In this document: piece by piece, positions 11,915 through 24,445 of the stretch
Layout: each line of letters starts with the position of its first letter
Numbering within the stretch: position 1 is the first letter of the stretch
Origin: Amoebophrya sp. A120
Taxonomy: Eukaryota; Protista; Dinoflagellata
DNA: 64,000 bases
Direction: 5' to 3'
Assembly: GCA_905178155.1 (NCBI GenBank)
Contig: CAJINV010000004.1
Location: 8,894,411-8,958,410 of the forward strand
Notes under the pieces: model-generated
What the model was told of the DNA's origin: nothing
Database searches by the model: none
The model's input: the letters and a program-made list of their open reading frames with translations, nothing else
Position numbers and translations under genes: made by a program

Positions 11915-14096
11915 ATGGTGGGCTCCTTATCCTTGATTCCAAGATGCGTTTTGCTTCTGCTTTCAACTGGACCTCCTGCGCTGCAAATGCAATGCTCAAC
12001 CCTGGCGGCACGGGTGCATAGAGCCAAACGTGGTCGTCGCTCCGGGAAAGCAAAGACCCGCGTCCTCGTTCCCAGAAAATCAGGTACTACCTCAGCCGCT
12101 GCTGCCAAGACGAAAACCGGCAAAAGGAGATCGAAATCGCACTCCCAACATGTCGTGACCAAGCAGGAAAGGCTCGCCATCCGGAAGGAGCTGCAGAGGT
12201 TGCTCGAGGAAAATCGGGAAGACGAGGGGGACGAGGACGAGTCTTCTGCCGAGGACCAGGACGGGGAAGAGACAGACACTGAGCCTGCAGACGCGACCGA
12301 GGAAGCTACAACCAGCGAAGGAGGAGAGGAACAAACCACTTCAGGAGTTGCAGAGGGAAATGAAGAACCACCAGAACAGACCCTAGAACAGGAGCAAGCC
12401 GCGGAGCAGCAGGAAGTTGCAAAAGAGCAGGCGCAGGCGTCGCAGGAAGATGCTGCGGAGGCAGCGGAGGCACAGCAGGAACAGGCGGCGGAAATGGCGG
12501 AGGAACAAGAGCAGGATGAGCTGGACACAGGGTCTACGTCGTCATCAAACGCTCTTTCTGGTAGCCGCGGTGGTGGCGCAGCGAGCGGTCCAGCAGCCCC
12601 GGTTATTTCTCCGACCCCGATGGTGGTGCCAGCACCAGATAGTTCTCCTGCGGGGCGAACAACTGCAAGTGCACCGGCACCAATGGACGGTCCAGAAGTT
12701 GTTTCCTCGAGCACTCCGAGCGCCAGCAGTGCACCGCCACCTGGATCCGTGATTGTTCCCACAGAAACCGCTTCCGCACCAGAGCAAGTAGTACCCGAAG
12801 TAGACCCGACCGGCATCAGCGAGGCGGACGCAGCGGACGATTTGGTAGCGTCAGCAGCTGGATCTACTTCTTCTGGATCGACGGGTTCAGGTTCTTCGAC
12901 GGCTGCAGAGAAACCAGTCCTCCCGGAAAAGAACCTCCAAACCTGGCGGTTTCTCCGCGAGTCGGCTGCGAAAGTCGGGGCCATCGCGCAACAGCTGTTA
13001 AGCGTGCAAGCGCGGGTGGACGGCGCGCGGAAATTCGTGGAGCAGGACAGATTGCAGTGGGAAGCCGCGGAGAAGGACCTGGAAATGCGGAACGCGGATT
13101 TGAAAGCCTCGTTGGCGCAGTTGCGAAAACAGGCGAGGGAAAACCAAATCGCAAGGGACGACTGGTCTGTGAAAAAGGAGAAGATTCAAACTGGTATAGG
13201 ATTTTTCAATGATAGATTTCCACCTTTGTCAGCGATTGTATAGTATGTATGCATGACACGTTCAAACAGGTTTGGAATTTGGGCAATACAAAGTTACTCC
13301 ATGAATTATGATTATCACAGTCCGCACCCGCATTCTCGGTGTGGAAGAGGACATGCAACGCAACGCGGAGCAGTTTTTGGAGAAAAAAGCGGATTTGGCG
13401 GACGAAATTTCTAGTTTGAAGGATCGGGTTGCCGAGTACCGACAGCAAGAGGCCGAGGAGGAACAGCAGGAGGAGGAAGGCAGTTCGTCTGCTGAAGAAG
13501 AGAAGGAAGCTGCGTCGTCGGGTGAAGATGAGTCTGACAGCCTGTCCATGGTGGCCACTACTAAGAGAACAGCAAGTGTAGCGCCGCGAATCATGCCGAA
13601 GAAGATGGGAGCCGATGGCAGTAGCACCAAACCGACGAAGCAAGCACCACCACGGCAGAAGACAACAAAGAGGAAAACCTTTTTGCACCAGCAAAGCAAG
13701 GCTAAGTCCGGCTCGCGGAAAACTACGGCTAAAAACAGCAAGAGCGCAGCGAGCGGTGTGAAGAAGGAGCACCAGAAGCGGAAGAAACAATCGAAGGAGC
13801 ACGGCAAAAGCAAGAAAAAATCGGTGGAGGAGACTGCTGACGCAATGGTCCGAGAGATACGGGAAATGCAACAGCAGCTGCAGAAGCTTAAGGCGATGAA
13901 CAAAGCAGGTACGACGACTACTACGGCGAAGAGAACAAGGACTGCTGCTACTTCTGCGGCAAATCAAAGTACTAGCAAGGAAGAATCCAACGCACGGAGA
14001 GCCACGTCTGCGCTGCAACTGCAGCAAAGAGCAACCGCACCCTCATGCCCGAAGGCGGAGGAGCTGAAGGAGCAGTTGAAGGAATGTCTGAGTTAG
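11915..14096 (+). CDS. Putative secreted acidic, low-complexity coiled-coil protein
   Basis: ORFs 11915-13243 and 13308-14096 joined by GT-AG intron 13194-13320 (QT|VRTRI); hydrophobic N-terminus. Confidence 0.65.
13194..13320 (+). other. Canonical GT-AG intron
   Basis: gtatag...atcacag; in-frame join. Confidence 0.8.
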
Positions 14097-14683
14097 AGGA
14101 AAAATTGACAAGAAGACCATTTTACCCAATTTTTTCCATATCAAACGCAACAGCCGTCAATTTACTTTTTGTTTTTTCTGCACCAAAGGACAGGATCCAT
14201 GTGCCGCCGTGAGAATCACCTTGAAAATCGACCGTATGGTGAAGGTCTCCTTCGTGAAAACGCACTAGCTACACTGAAAACTACCATGCTGACGTGCTGT
14301 CCACAGATCTGGAAAATTGCTTAGTCCAAGTTTCGCCGTTATCGTTATGCACATGGTGGTCTCTATTTCGTTTTGTCTAGAATTGTTTTCATCGGTGCCT
14401 CGTCTGCGGTAGAATTTGTTGAATTTTTCAATCGTGGAAGGGATAAATCGTCAACGTTTCTGATACCTGTCGTAATGCTGTGGTAATCGTCGTGAAGCCA
14501 GGAATCCGTCATGTCGTCGGGAAAAAGCAGAAGAAATCATTTTCTACACGATTCCGTAAAACAATGACAAAGCAGCAATTTCTTCATTTCTTTGCTCTAA
14601 AACCACCGGGTGCCAGATTTTCCGTTTTTTTTCTTTCACAGGGGATAGAATTTTACCAAGAAGAAGCACATCTTCAAAAAATC

Positions 14684-17600
14684 ATGGCACGCAGCACGAG
14701 GCGTAGCAGCGGCGGTGGCCTAGTCACCCGGCGTCCAAATGGAACGACGCTTTTCGTGCTGCTTCAAACGCTTGCGCAATATGACCTTTTCTTCCTCTTG
14801 GAAGACTCTACGACTCCTTTCACCGCCGCGGCGAAAAAGTTCTACTGTGTGGGCTCCAGCTGCTATGGGCCGGAAGCATCTGGTCCGATCGATGAAGAGG
14901 GCTTTTCGAATTTGTTCACCGCGGACCGGGCAAGGAAGCCGAAGCATAAGAGGGCAAAGAACTACCGTGCATCACCCGTTGAATTGTCGGCTCGGCAGCG
15001 GAAAGCAGAAAGAGTTAGCAATGCCGATGTTGACCTCCCGGCTGGTTTGCTGAACACGACGAGGACTCCTACCGGATCCTTCGAAGATACTGAGGAGGCG
15101 TCTACTTTCGCCCAGACCGAGATGGAGATGAGCCTGGACCTCGGACTAGAAAAACTCGACTTCCAACTCGATCTCCAGCAAGAGGGGTGGCTCATGGACA
15201 AAATTCACACTCTTGGCAGCGGGGCGAAAAAGCACTACGAAGACGCGAAGAGTTGGGTGAGCCAGCAGGCTGGGAAGGGGAAAAAGGCAACGGAGAAATA
15301 CTTGCAGAAGTACCTGCAGGGGGCGGTGAACATCACAAACGCGATGACATCGAGTTGGAACGGGTTCAAAACCTTTCTGCAGATCATTGCCGACGCAGAC
15401 TGCCGGACGAAGCTGAGCACGCAGTTCGCCAGCATGTTCGTCCTGAGTTTTTCCAACACGAAAAGGTACCCGCACTTCAGCAAGGTGAGGGACGCGGGGA
15501 AAACGGCGCTGAAGAAGCTGAACAAATTGTTGAGTAAGTCCGGGTGGGGGTTGCGGAAGATCCAGGAAATTTTCACAACCGTGCTTTTCGACCCGCTGAA
15601 GCTAATCGCCGGTGTGATGCAGGACATCGGCCGGTTGGCATTGGATTTCGGCAGCACGGCGATAAAGAACGTGCAAACGCTGATTGAGGCGTACCGGAAG
15701 GACGGAAACAAGGCGTGTATTCAGACGGACGAAGAAGAGACCGTCGGTGAGGATGCCGAGGACGAGAAAAATGCGGCTGACAAGTCATCCAAAAGCGGGT
15801 TTTTGGAACAGGGGAAGAAGAAAAATTTTGAACTTGAACATGTGCAGAGAAGTTCTGCAGCGAACACTGGAGTAGGGGCAGGTCGCGTAGCGGTGCATAG
15901 CAGGTCTTACACCCCGACCGGAGACCTTTTTGGTTTCACGCCGTACCCAAATGTGACGCGGTTTTATGGTGCCGGTAAAACGCCCAACCCATTTCTCGAA
16001 GTTATTGGAACATCAAATAGTGCTGCGGCGCAGGAAACCTCTACAAGCGCCGTCTCTACTTCCGCGTTCCTGAATCTGCAGTCTGATGACGAAGCGGATG
16101 CTGAAGAGGCTCGTGCAGAAGCCAAAAAAGCAAGGGTGAAGGCGAAAAGAGCGGAAAAAACAGCTGATGATGCGGATCGAACAGCAGAAAAAGCCGAACA
16201 GAAAGTGACGAGAAGAAGGCAAAAAGACCAGGCGCATGAGGCACGTGAGAAACTGGATCGGGAACGCAGCGAGGCGCTACTGGATAATCCAGACGAGGCA
16301 AGAAGACTCGCGGAGGCAAAAGACAACGAACTGACCCCAGAACAGCGGAAGCAAGCTCAAGAGCAATTCCCAGAAAAGAAGGTCTACACGATGACGGATG
16401 CGGGTGACGACCCGGCGGACACGTTTCGGAAATGCAAGAAGTGCATGCTGGCGGTCAGCTTGGTCCTGGATCTCCTTCCCCGGGAGCTCCACGCCACCGT
16501 CGGGGCGATGGTGCCGATGGCCATGCACATGCTGTACCGGGTTTCCGGCGCGACCGTCGGGGCGGCGCTGAACTCATTTCTCAAAGTCGGCCACGGAATG
16601 TCGCCACCGACACTGACCGCGGCCTGGGCCTTGCGGTTTTTGAATACGTCCAAGAGCAGCACCATGCATATGATGTTCGGGGGCCTGCGGCGGGCGACGG
16701 GAATCGAATTGCTGGAGGAAAGGGAGCAGAAGGACATATCGGACGTGACAACGGCTTTGACCTCCGACAAGGGGTTTAAGAAAGTTCTCGTCCACGCCGG
16801 GGTTCAGATGCTGGAGCAGTCGCCGGTGTGCGCAAACGCAGCTGGCGAGGTTGATGCTGGGGAAAAGACTAAATCCTCAAAGGCGGACAAAGGATCGTCC
16901 TCTTTTGCCACGTTGGCCGAAGGACAACAGGAGCGTCGCGTTCAGGTGGAAAAGCACAAGCAGGCGGATTCTCCGGACGGTGATGCAGAGGACGCTGAAG
17001 ACGAAAATGCGAAAGGTACGCACGATGATGACGCTCTTGCCCTCGAGAATGACGAGGACGACGACAGCGACGGCGATGATGAAGCTGCTGCAGATGATGA
17101 TGCGAAAGTCAAAGACGCCGAAGACCCAGAACAAGAAGAGCAGGAGCGTGACGACGGTGCGGAGGAAAAAACATCTGAGAAACCAACGACCTCAAATCAA
17201 GACCACGACGGATCTCTTACCCAATACGAGGATGACAAGGGCAACGTGCAATTACAAGGCTATTCGAGCTGCAAAGCCGCGGAGCTGTTCGGGAAAACGA
17301 TCACCGAGCAGTACGTGAAGGGGAAAAATAAGGACTTGAGTGCGAATGAGATTTTGTCTAACGTCATGCCGGTTTTCAACACGCAGGTCTTGGACGTTGT
17401 GGAGGGCGGGAAGGAGAAAGAAAACCAAAAAGTCGACAAGGCGTTGGAGGATTTGGAGAAGGAGGTTGAAAAGGCCGAGAATTTTGTCGGCGGGAAGGGG
17501 AAGGCGAGAACGACGAAGAGTCGAGGTGATGAAGAACAACATCACCGGAAGAAGAAGGGAGGTGCTGTTGCGGGGAAAACGAAGCAAAGTAAGAAGAAGT

Positions 17601-19761
17601 CGGGATCCGGATCGTCGGAAAAAGCAGAAGCCGAGGAAGGAGCGGGTAGGAGAAGGAGAAGGAGGTCTTCGAAGAAGAAGGAGAAAAGCCTGAAAACCAC
17701 GCCGGCCACTTCCAGTGACGACCAGGGAAAGGAGGTGCGGCGGAAGGAAAAAGAAAGGAAAAGAGAAGGTTCCGAGTCGTCCTTGCTTCAGAGGAAAGCG
17801 AGTGCGGACGAAGGGCGGAATGACGAAGAGCGGAATGACGAAGACCGGAGCGAAGCAGGCAACCCAGACGGGCGGGACGGCGGTGCGGGCGAAGAGGGAA
17901 ATGACGAAAACCCGAGCGAACAGAGGAACCCGGACGACAGGAGGCAAGAGCGCGGCGCGGACGACAGGGTGCAAGGGCGGCGCGGACGGCAGGAGAGAGG
18001 ACACAGGAGGCAGGATGATGAACAGGGGGACCCGGACGATCACGAGGGCAGCGATGAAAGAGGAGACAATGGCACGGGCGGAGAGCATCATCAGGAAGAC
18101 CATGATGGGGAGGAAAGAAGTCCGCCAGCGACGGTCGAATGCGCTCCATGAAAAACACGCTCTCACTTTTCAGTACCGGTGATTCTTGCGTAGAGGTTTT
18201 GTGTCATGTTTAGTTTGTACGTAAGGCGAAACGAATGCGGGCTCGCGGCTTGAGGGTATCCACTTAGAAGTGGAAGGAAGCAGGCGCATACATAATTGCC
18301 ATACTTAACATAAGATCAGAAGCGTGACGGGTCGTGTTTTTCCTCGCATACTGCTTGTAGTCAAGCGGAAGAACAACTCGAAAAAGGTAGTAAGAAGAAC
18401 TGTAAAAAGTTGGAAGGGAGCATCGAAAGCGAGGAGCAGATCAACAAAGAGAAACTTCAAGATGCAGAAAAGAAGCTTAAAGATCTGACAGAACAGATTG
18501 AAAAGGGCTTAGAAATCGCAAATCGTGCGGCCGCCTCAGTCTCTGTCGCGGGCTTCCGTTCGTTGCCTTCGTAGGTGCGATGATGTTTCTTTCGTATAGA
18601 GAGAATCGGGCTACCATCCATAACGGCAGGTCCAACGTATGATTTATATAAAAGTTTTTGCATGTGCAACAGGAACAGCCTGGTTGCAGTGCCTGAGTCA
18701 GAGGCGGTCCGAGTTTTCAAATTTCATAGGAAGAGGCAGGAAAAAACGGTGAAAAGAAACAGAGAAACCTAGTTAAGGCTCACAAGGCTGCCAAGAAAGC
18801 TCTTAAGAAAGAAGTGGCCGCCAGAAAGAAATTGCAAAAGAGTATCAAATTGCAAATAAGCTTCCCACTCAAAAAACCCCAGGGCAGCACGACGTACAGT
18901 CGTGTCGCCATCCCTTTCTCAGTGTCACCCTTGTGTGACGAATGGTTTGAGTCCTGAATAAGGTCGAGCACTTTGCCGCCCCAGTATTTGCATTATAGCA
19001 TTGCACTTTTAGCGAATTGGAATAAGTAAATGTGAAACTGCAGCAAGTACCGGCGGAAGGACCATTTGTGGCTGCACGCGCCTTTTCGCTTTGGTGCCAT
19101 CCTCTGCAAAATGCGTTTTGGTGCTGCAGCCGTCTGTGTCTCTACTGAGGCGCAGCAAAATATAATGTTCATGTTTACTTTTGTACCGTGGGAAGCTTTT
19201 GCTAGGATACGAAAATATCACCAACTTCAGGAGAAATTGGAGCAAGCTCTCGGACAGCAGGCAGACGAGAAAAGCGACCTAAAAGAAAAGATAGAGAAGC
19301 TGACGAAGAAAAACGAGCAGCTCCAGCAGACACAGAAGGCGTTGGGTGCGGTTGCAGACGGCAGAGCGGAAGAGCTGGCGAAGAAAAAAAAAGAAGCCGC
19401 GGAAGCCGCGAAAGCCGCTGCGGCAGAAGAGGAAGCTGGTCAAGGACAAGAGGAAGCAACCGAGGAAGGTGTGCAAGACTCCTCCGGCGCGGCAGAATCG
19501 GCCACCAGCGATTCACCCGATGCTGAAGATGATACAACAGCGGAAACCAGTGACCCAGATGAAGCACCAGAGGACCACCAGGCCGGGGCAGACGGTGGCG
19601 CGACTGGTGGAGATGAAGAAGCGGCTGGCGGAGGAGCAGGTTCAGACCACACCCACACGGGCGGCTCTGGTGGAGGTGGTGATGGCGCCGGTGGCGGCTC
19701 TGGTGGAGGTGGTGATAGCGGCGGCGACGAAGACGGCGAGGACGAGGAGCACGAGGACTAA
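14684..19761 (+). CDS. Large hypothetical, probably secreted protein with acidic/basic low-complexity and coiled-coil regions; 3' exon structure uncertain
   Basis: 1223-aa ORF to 18151. Further coding-like segments at 18356-18510, 18730-18842 and 19215-19761 (QAEEQLEK..., EEAGKNGEKK..., YHQLQEKLEQ...) lack their own start. Confidence 0.55.
18843..19209. mobile_element. Degenerate introner (367 bp)
   Basis: tatcaaattgcaaataagcttcccac / gtgggaagcttttgctaggata; TSD decayed, but element plus 5 nt removal is in frame (LQK|RYHQLQ). Confidence 0.65.
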
Positions 19762-20385
19762 GTTTTTTGAACGCCGAACAGTTCTTTTTCGAGCGAATTG
19801 TACTGAAAATATATTTAAGTAATAATTTGGAATCGCATCAATTACCAGTGCTACTAGAAACTGTTTTGTGGAATTCTTTACGAGCTCATTTTTTGCAACA
19901 CGTACACATTTTTCATCTTTTTTTTTCGGTTTCGACATGCAAGATTTTCATTTTTAGTCATGTTTTTGCCGAAAGAACACTTTCACATGTTTTTACGATG
20001 TCACGTTGATCATGATCTAGACGATGATTGGGATAATTTGCCTTTACCCTCTGGGGTTTTTCGAAGAACTGTATAAAGTTTTTGAACCTACTGTACCTGA
20101 AGCTGAACACGGGATAAAGACATCAAACCTCATTTTCCACACGACGACGCGCGCCCAGTCTGCCAATGTCCGTCGCTGCGGTACCACACGAGTGTTTGAT
20201 GGTTTGACTGCACCTTGCGAGAGAACGTTCTTCGAGAAATTTTCGGCAAACAGAACACACGATCAAGAAACCGACCTATCGATCATCAGATCTCAATGAC
20301 TACTTTAAAACTTAGTTGTTTTCCATCTTCACATCAAAGCCAAGTGCCTCACACACCAATTTCACTCTCCCCAACCACCACCTCC

Positions 20386-20742
20386 ATGTCCAAGCCGACC
20401 CGCGAGGTGATCGTCCGTGTGGAGCCGAAGAGCTTTTTCGCGAACGAGCGGACCTTACTGGATTGGTGCGCGATCTCCACCGTCCTTGGTTCCGTCAGTG
20501 TCACTTTAATGTGCCACGTGTCGCGGAACTACCAGATTGCCGGCCGCTGTTTGATGTGTCTTGTGTTGCTCTTTCTCGGCTTTTCCCTCTACGATTACCG
20601 CTACCGGACCTGGGTGTTGCTGGAAAAGGCGCAGGACTGGCACTTCATCAAGCAGTATAAACCATTATTACTCGTCGCGCTGCTCTCCGCGTTACTCGTT
20701 GCGTCCGTGTGCGTAAACGACGCCGCCGATGTTCACCCGTAG
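20386..20742 (+). CDS. VTC1: Vacuolar transporter chaperone 1-like (DUF202) three-TM protein
   Basis: VRVEPKSFFANERTLLDW motif followed by three hydrophobic helices; 118 aa. Confidence 0.85.
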   Translation: MSKPTREVIVRVEPKSFFANERTLLDWCAISTVLGSVSVTLMCHVSRNYQIAGRCLMCLVLLFLGFSLYDYRYRTWVLLEKAQDWHFIKQYKPLLLVALLSALLVASVCVNDAADVHP

Positions 20743-23460
20743 GCTGGTTGGATCTACTACCGCAAGAACGCTTCTTGCATCGTCAGGGAGAAGAAGTGTC
20801 GCGACATCAGCGAAAACTCCTGCACCGTTGTTCTTCCTCCGTCGCCACCCGAAGAAACTTATCTTTTCTGGAATCACCACCTTCCTTGCCGTCCAAGAAT
20901 ACGCCCGGGCGCGCGCCCGAGCGGAGGCGCGGGAGCGGTTCTACGATGCGTGTAACGAATTCAAGGACAAGAAGCAGGATTTGCGGCGAAAGAGCAGGAG
21001 GGATTTGGATCAAATCGCCCCGACGACACGTTTAGGGAAAATAGCCTACGCGTTTTTGGAATGGGCAAGGCAGGTTTTTCGCGGCTTGCAGTTGTTCATC
21101 GTTTTCCTCCCCGCACTTCTAACCGCGGTGCCGTGCTTGGTTCTGGCGCCATTATTCGACATTGACAACCTCGATAGAGTAGAGCAACCCCTTTCCACCA
21201 AAGCCGAGGAGGTTTGGCTGGATGTCCTCACGAATTGTATCCAGCAGTCCGGCGCGATCTTGATCAAGGTGGCGCAGTACATTTCCCACCGCAGGGACCT
21301 GGTCGGGGATACGATCGCCGACAAATTCTACTATTTGAGGGAAAACGTGCCGGCGCACAGCTACGCGGAAACGAGAAAGATTGTGAAGGAGGATTTTGGT
21401 ATCGATTTGGATGCGGTTCCTGGCGGTGGTTCGGATGAGGAGGGTCAACAGAAAACACCGTCGACGCCAACGAACCATAATATCCATCTCACCGAGTTCG
21501 ACAAAACCCCCGTCGCCAGCGGCAGCATTGCGCAGGTGTACCGAGGGAGACTTGCGGATGACAATACCAATGAGGTCGCGATCAAGGTCCGGCATCCGAA
21601 TGTGGAGAAGCAGGTGGACACGGACTTGAAACTGGTGCATTCTGTTTGTTCTTTTCTGTCAAGTATCAAATGTACAAATGTCTGGGTCTGGAAGAATGCA
21701 ACTTGTGATGCTGCGTTTGGATTCCAGAAAAATCTGTATTGCATGAGTACCAAAAGGAATGTAATTTTTGCTACGCGGTGAGGGCATTTGTCATGCGGAA
21801 TAAGCATCAAGAAGCTCTCAAAAAATCTGTGATGCTAGGGCATGCATCACAGACATCATGGCTCATGCAGAACGTGCGTGACAAGTGTCAGAATCTTCCA
21901 GACCCAGACATTTTTCCAGTTGATATCAAGGTTTTCTTACTTCGAGTGGATGGAACTCCCGGTGACCATGGACGAATTTCGGAAGGTGTTACTGGATCAA
22001 ACGGATTTGCGAATCGAAGCGAAAAATCTGAAAGTCTTCCGGGACCATTTCGGGATCACGAAACAAGTAGACAGTCGTGGGGGAACAGATGATGAGACGA
22101 AGGAACTAGTTTCCGCAGCTACAATTGTCCCCGACGTGGAGCAGTTCGTCACGTTCCCGGAGCCGATCGCGGCGACGGAACGGGTGTTGATCGAAACTTT
22201 CGTCGATGATGCGAAGCCGATCTCGTATTTCATCGAGAATCCCTCGTCGTTGAATGAAGAAATCGCGAGGCTGGGGATGCAGACGATCAACCGCATGATC
22301 TGGCTGCACAACTTCGTGCACGCAGATTGTCATTCGGGGAATTTGTTTTTCCGAATAAAAGACCGGAGGAAGGAGCTGCAGAAACAGCGGAATGTGCTGC
22401 TGAGAACCGCCAGTCAGAAGTACAATGCGGACAGAGCAGCGGGATCGGAAGATAGGGCAGCAGGTGGACAACATACTGCAGTGCCCGGGATGCGGCCAGC
22501 GCCAGGTGGCCAGAATGCAGAGATGAGCCCAGGCAGCTCAACTGGAACTGCGAGCACTTCTCCCACCTCGACGTACTTCCAACTTTTCACCAGCCTCGCT
22601 TCCAACGCGGCGGAAGCAATTTCCCTCGAGTTGACGGATTTGGCCCAGTCCGCGGTGGAAAAAGCGTTTCTGTTCTACGATGAAAATTTCGTAAAGGATG
22701 TTCCTCCCTCGGACCAAATTTTATCCGCCGCCAGTCGCCTGCAGTCGAAAATGAAAACGCAATCTTCTAGTAGCACTTCCAAACACCACCAGCTCCCCAT
22801 CGTCGAGCCTCCGGAAAAGCGTTCCCTCCGGTTTTTTCGCAAGAAAGAGCACCGGCATTTGGACTATGCAGTGCAAAAGTAACGTAGTAGTATGAATTGC
22901 ATTACAAATTTTGGCAAGAAGAAAAGTGGGATTTGTAATGCTGTTTTACCGTAGGAGGAAGGTTTGTCATGCATATCTGCAATTACTTTTACTACGAGTA
23001 CGATGCTTTTGCACAGCATATGGACATCCAGATGGTGATTTTCGACGTGGGCATGGTCACCGTCCTTTCCGAGAAGGACAGAAGGAAGTTCATGAAACTG
23101 GTCAAGTCAATCATCACCCGGGACAGCAACGGCTGCGCGGAGATGCTCCGCGGGCTGTGCTCGTACCGGGAACAGACCAGCGCGAAAATGCGGGAGTGCA
23201 CGAAGGACATGCTGGTGTTTTTCGACGAATTAAACAAGCTCCCACTGCACAAAGTGAACGTCGGGGCGGCGTTGCGGGAAACTCTGAACATCATCGCGAC
23301 ACATAGACTGCAGGTGGAGGGCCATTTTGCGACGTTGCTGTCCAGTTTGATCATTCTGGAGGGGATGGCGAAAGACTTGGATCCGCAGATTAACATCATG
23401 GCAAGCACCGTGCCGTTCTTGATGAACCGAGCGGTTGAAACGTTCATGGAGGATGGATGA
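20729..23460 (+). CDS. ABC1/UbiB (ADCK-type) atypical protein kinase, probably mitochondrial
   Basis: IKVAQYISHRRDL, PVASGSIAQVYRG, VAIKVRHP, NFVHADCHSGN and IFDVGM motifs; Arg/Ser/Thr-rich transit-like N-terminus; 2 introners. Confidence 0.9.
21664..21925. mobile_element. Introner family A (262 bp)
   Basis: TSD tcaag; frame restored (LS|RFSYFEW); near-identical to 41666-41927. Confidence 0.95.
22865..23020. mobile_element. Introner family C (156 bp)
   Basis: TSD tggac; frame restored (HLD|IQMVIFDVG). Confidence 0.95.
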
Positions 23461-24445
23461 TAAGTATCTATTTTTCAGAGCTGCTGCCAGGAGTAAGCTT
23501 CCCAGTGATGAATGCTGCTGATGCAACGTAACATTCAACCTACTTCAGCATGATCGATGGCTTCTGGCCCGATGTGTTCATGCTGGAACGATTGAAGAAA
23601 ATTTTTTCTGATAGATAGATGGAGTAGATTACAAAACATTGGAGTGGAAAAACGTGTCGCTATTCAGCAACCACTTCGTCTACACTCGGTGTGATCATGT
23701 TGTCCACGACTTTCGGACTCGGTCGTCTTGAATACAGGAAGCATATGTGCATCGGTGTGGTTGTTGCAAGTTTACAGCTATCGGTGGAGAATTTGCACTT
23801 TCGTGGTTACATAATTACTTACTTCTTTCGGTCCATCGGCACCATTGCCACTTAATACTTTGAGCATCCTTCTTGATTCGGTCATGCGTCTGCGTGGTGA
23901 TAATTCGTAGAAGGCATAATTTCAATAGCGTTGACGCTTTTCTGTCATCTTTCGATTTTCGTTCAGTGAAGTTGAAGCAACTCGATCGGTGACGAAATAA
24001 CTTGGCAATGCAACACAGGACCCTGGTCCTGGTGAAGCAACCGGGCCCATCTTCAGTGGATTTGGGAACCCGGTAAAAAACTACCGGGACTTAACCCGGC
24101 CAGTCACAATTTTCAGTTTGCATCTTTACCCACATAAATTTTATTTCAAGTTCCAAACGATACACTTCTTGTTCTAGCGTACTTTTTCTCATCATCCTGC
24201 ACCCTGAAGACAATACGCCTACACTATGGTACGCGGAGCTCCTGCGAAAGGTGCTGTGAGGGGCAAGGGCAGAGGGGCCGAACCGGTTTCCGATTTGGTG
24301 GAAGACGAGCCGCCACTCGCGATTCGCCCGGCCATAAAACCGAAAGCTGGGGGGAAGATGAGGGGGAAGATGAGGGAGACGCCGCGGGACCGGGAAGACA
24401 AGAGGAAGTCGCAGCAAGTCGTGGTGGAAGAAGAGGACGAGGAAG

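Noticed and set aside
11809-18166. Long minus-strand ORFs (11809-12984, 13206-14027, 17252-18166)
   Set aside because: Antisense shadows of low-complexity, GC-rich + strand coding sequence; no recognisable motifs
14092-18361. The 1223-aa ORF nested in a 4.3 kb intron of the 11915 gene (LKECLS|QAEEQ reads well)
   Set aside because: The junction is neither GT-AG nor clearly TIR-bounded. A short degenerate intron at 18146-18355 explains the downstream exons more simply. Not excluded without cDNA.
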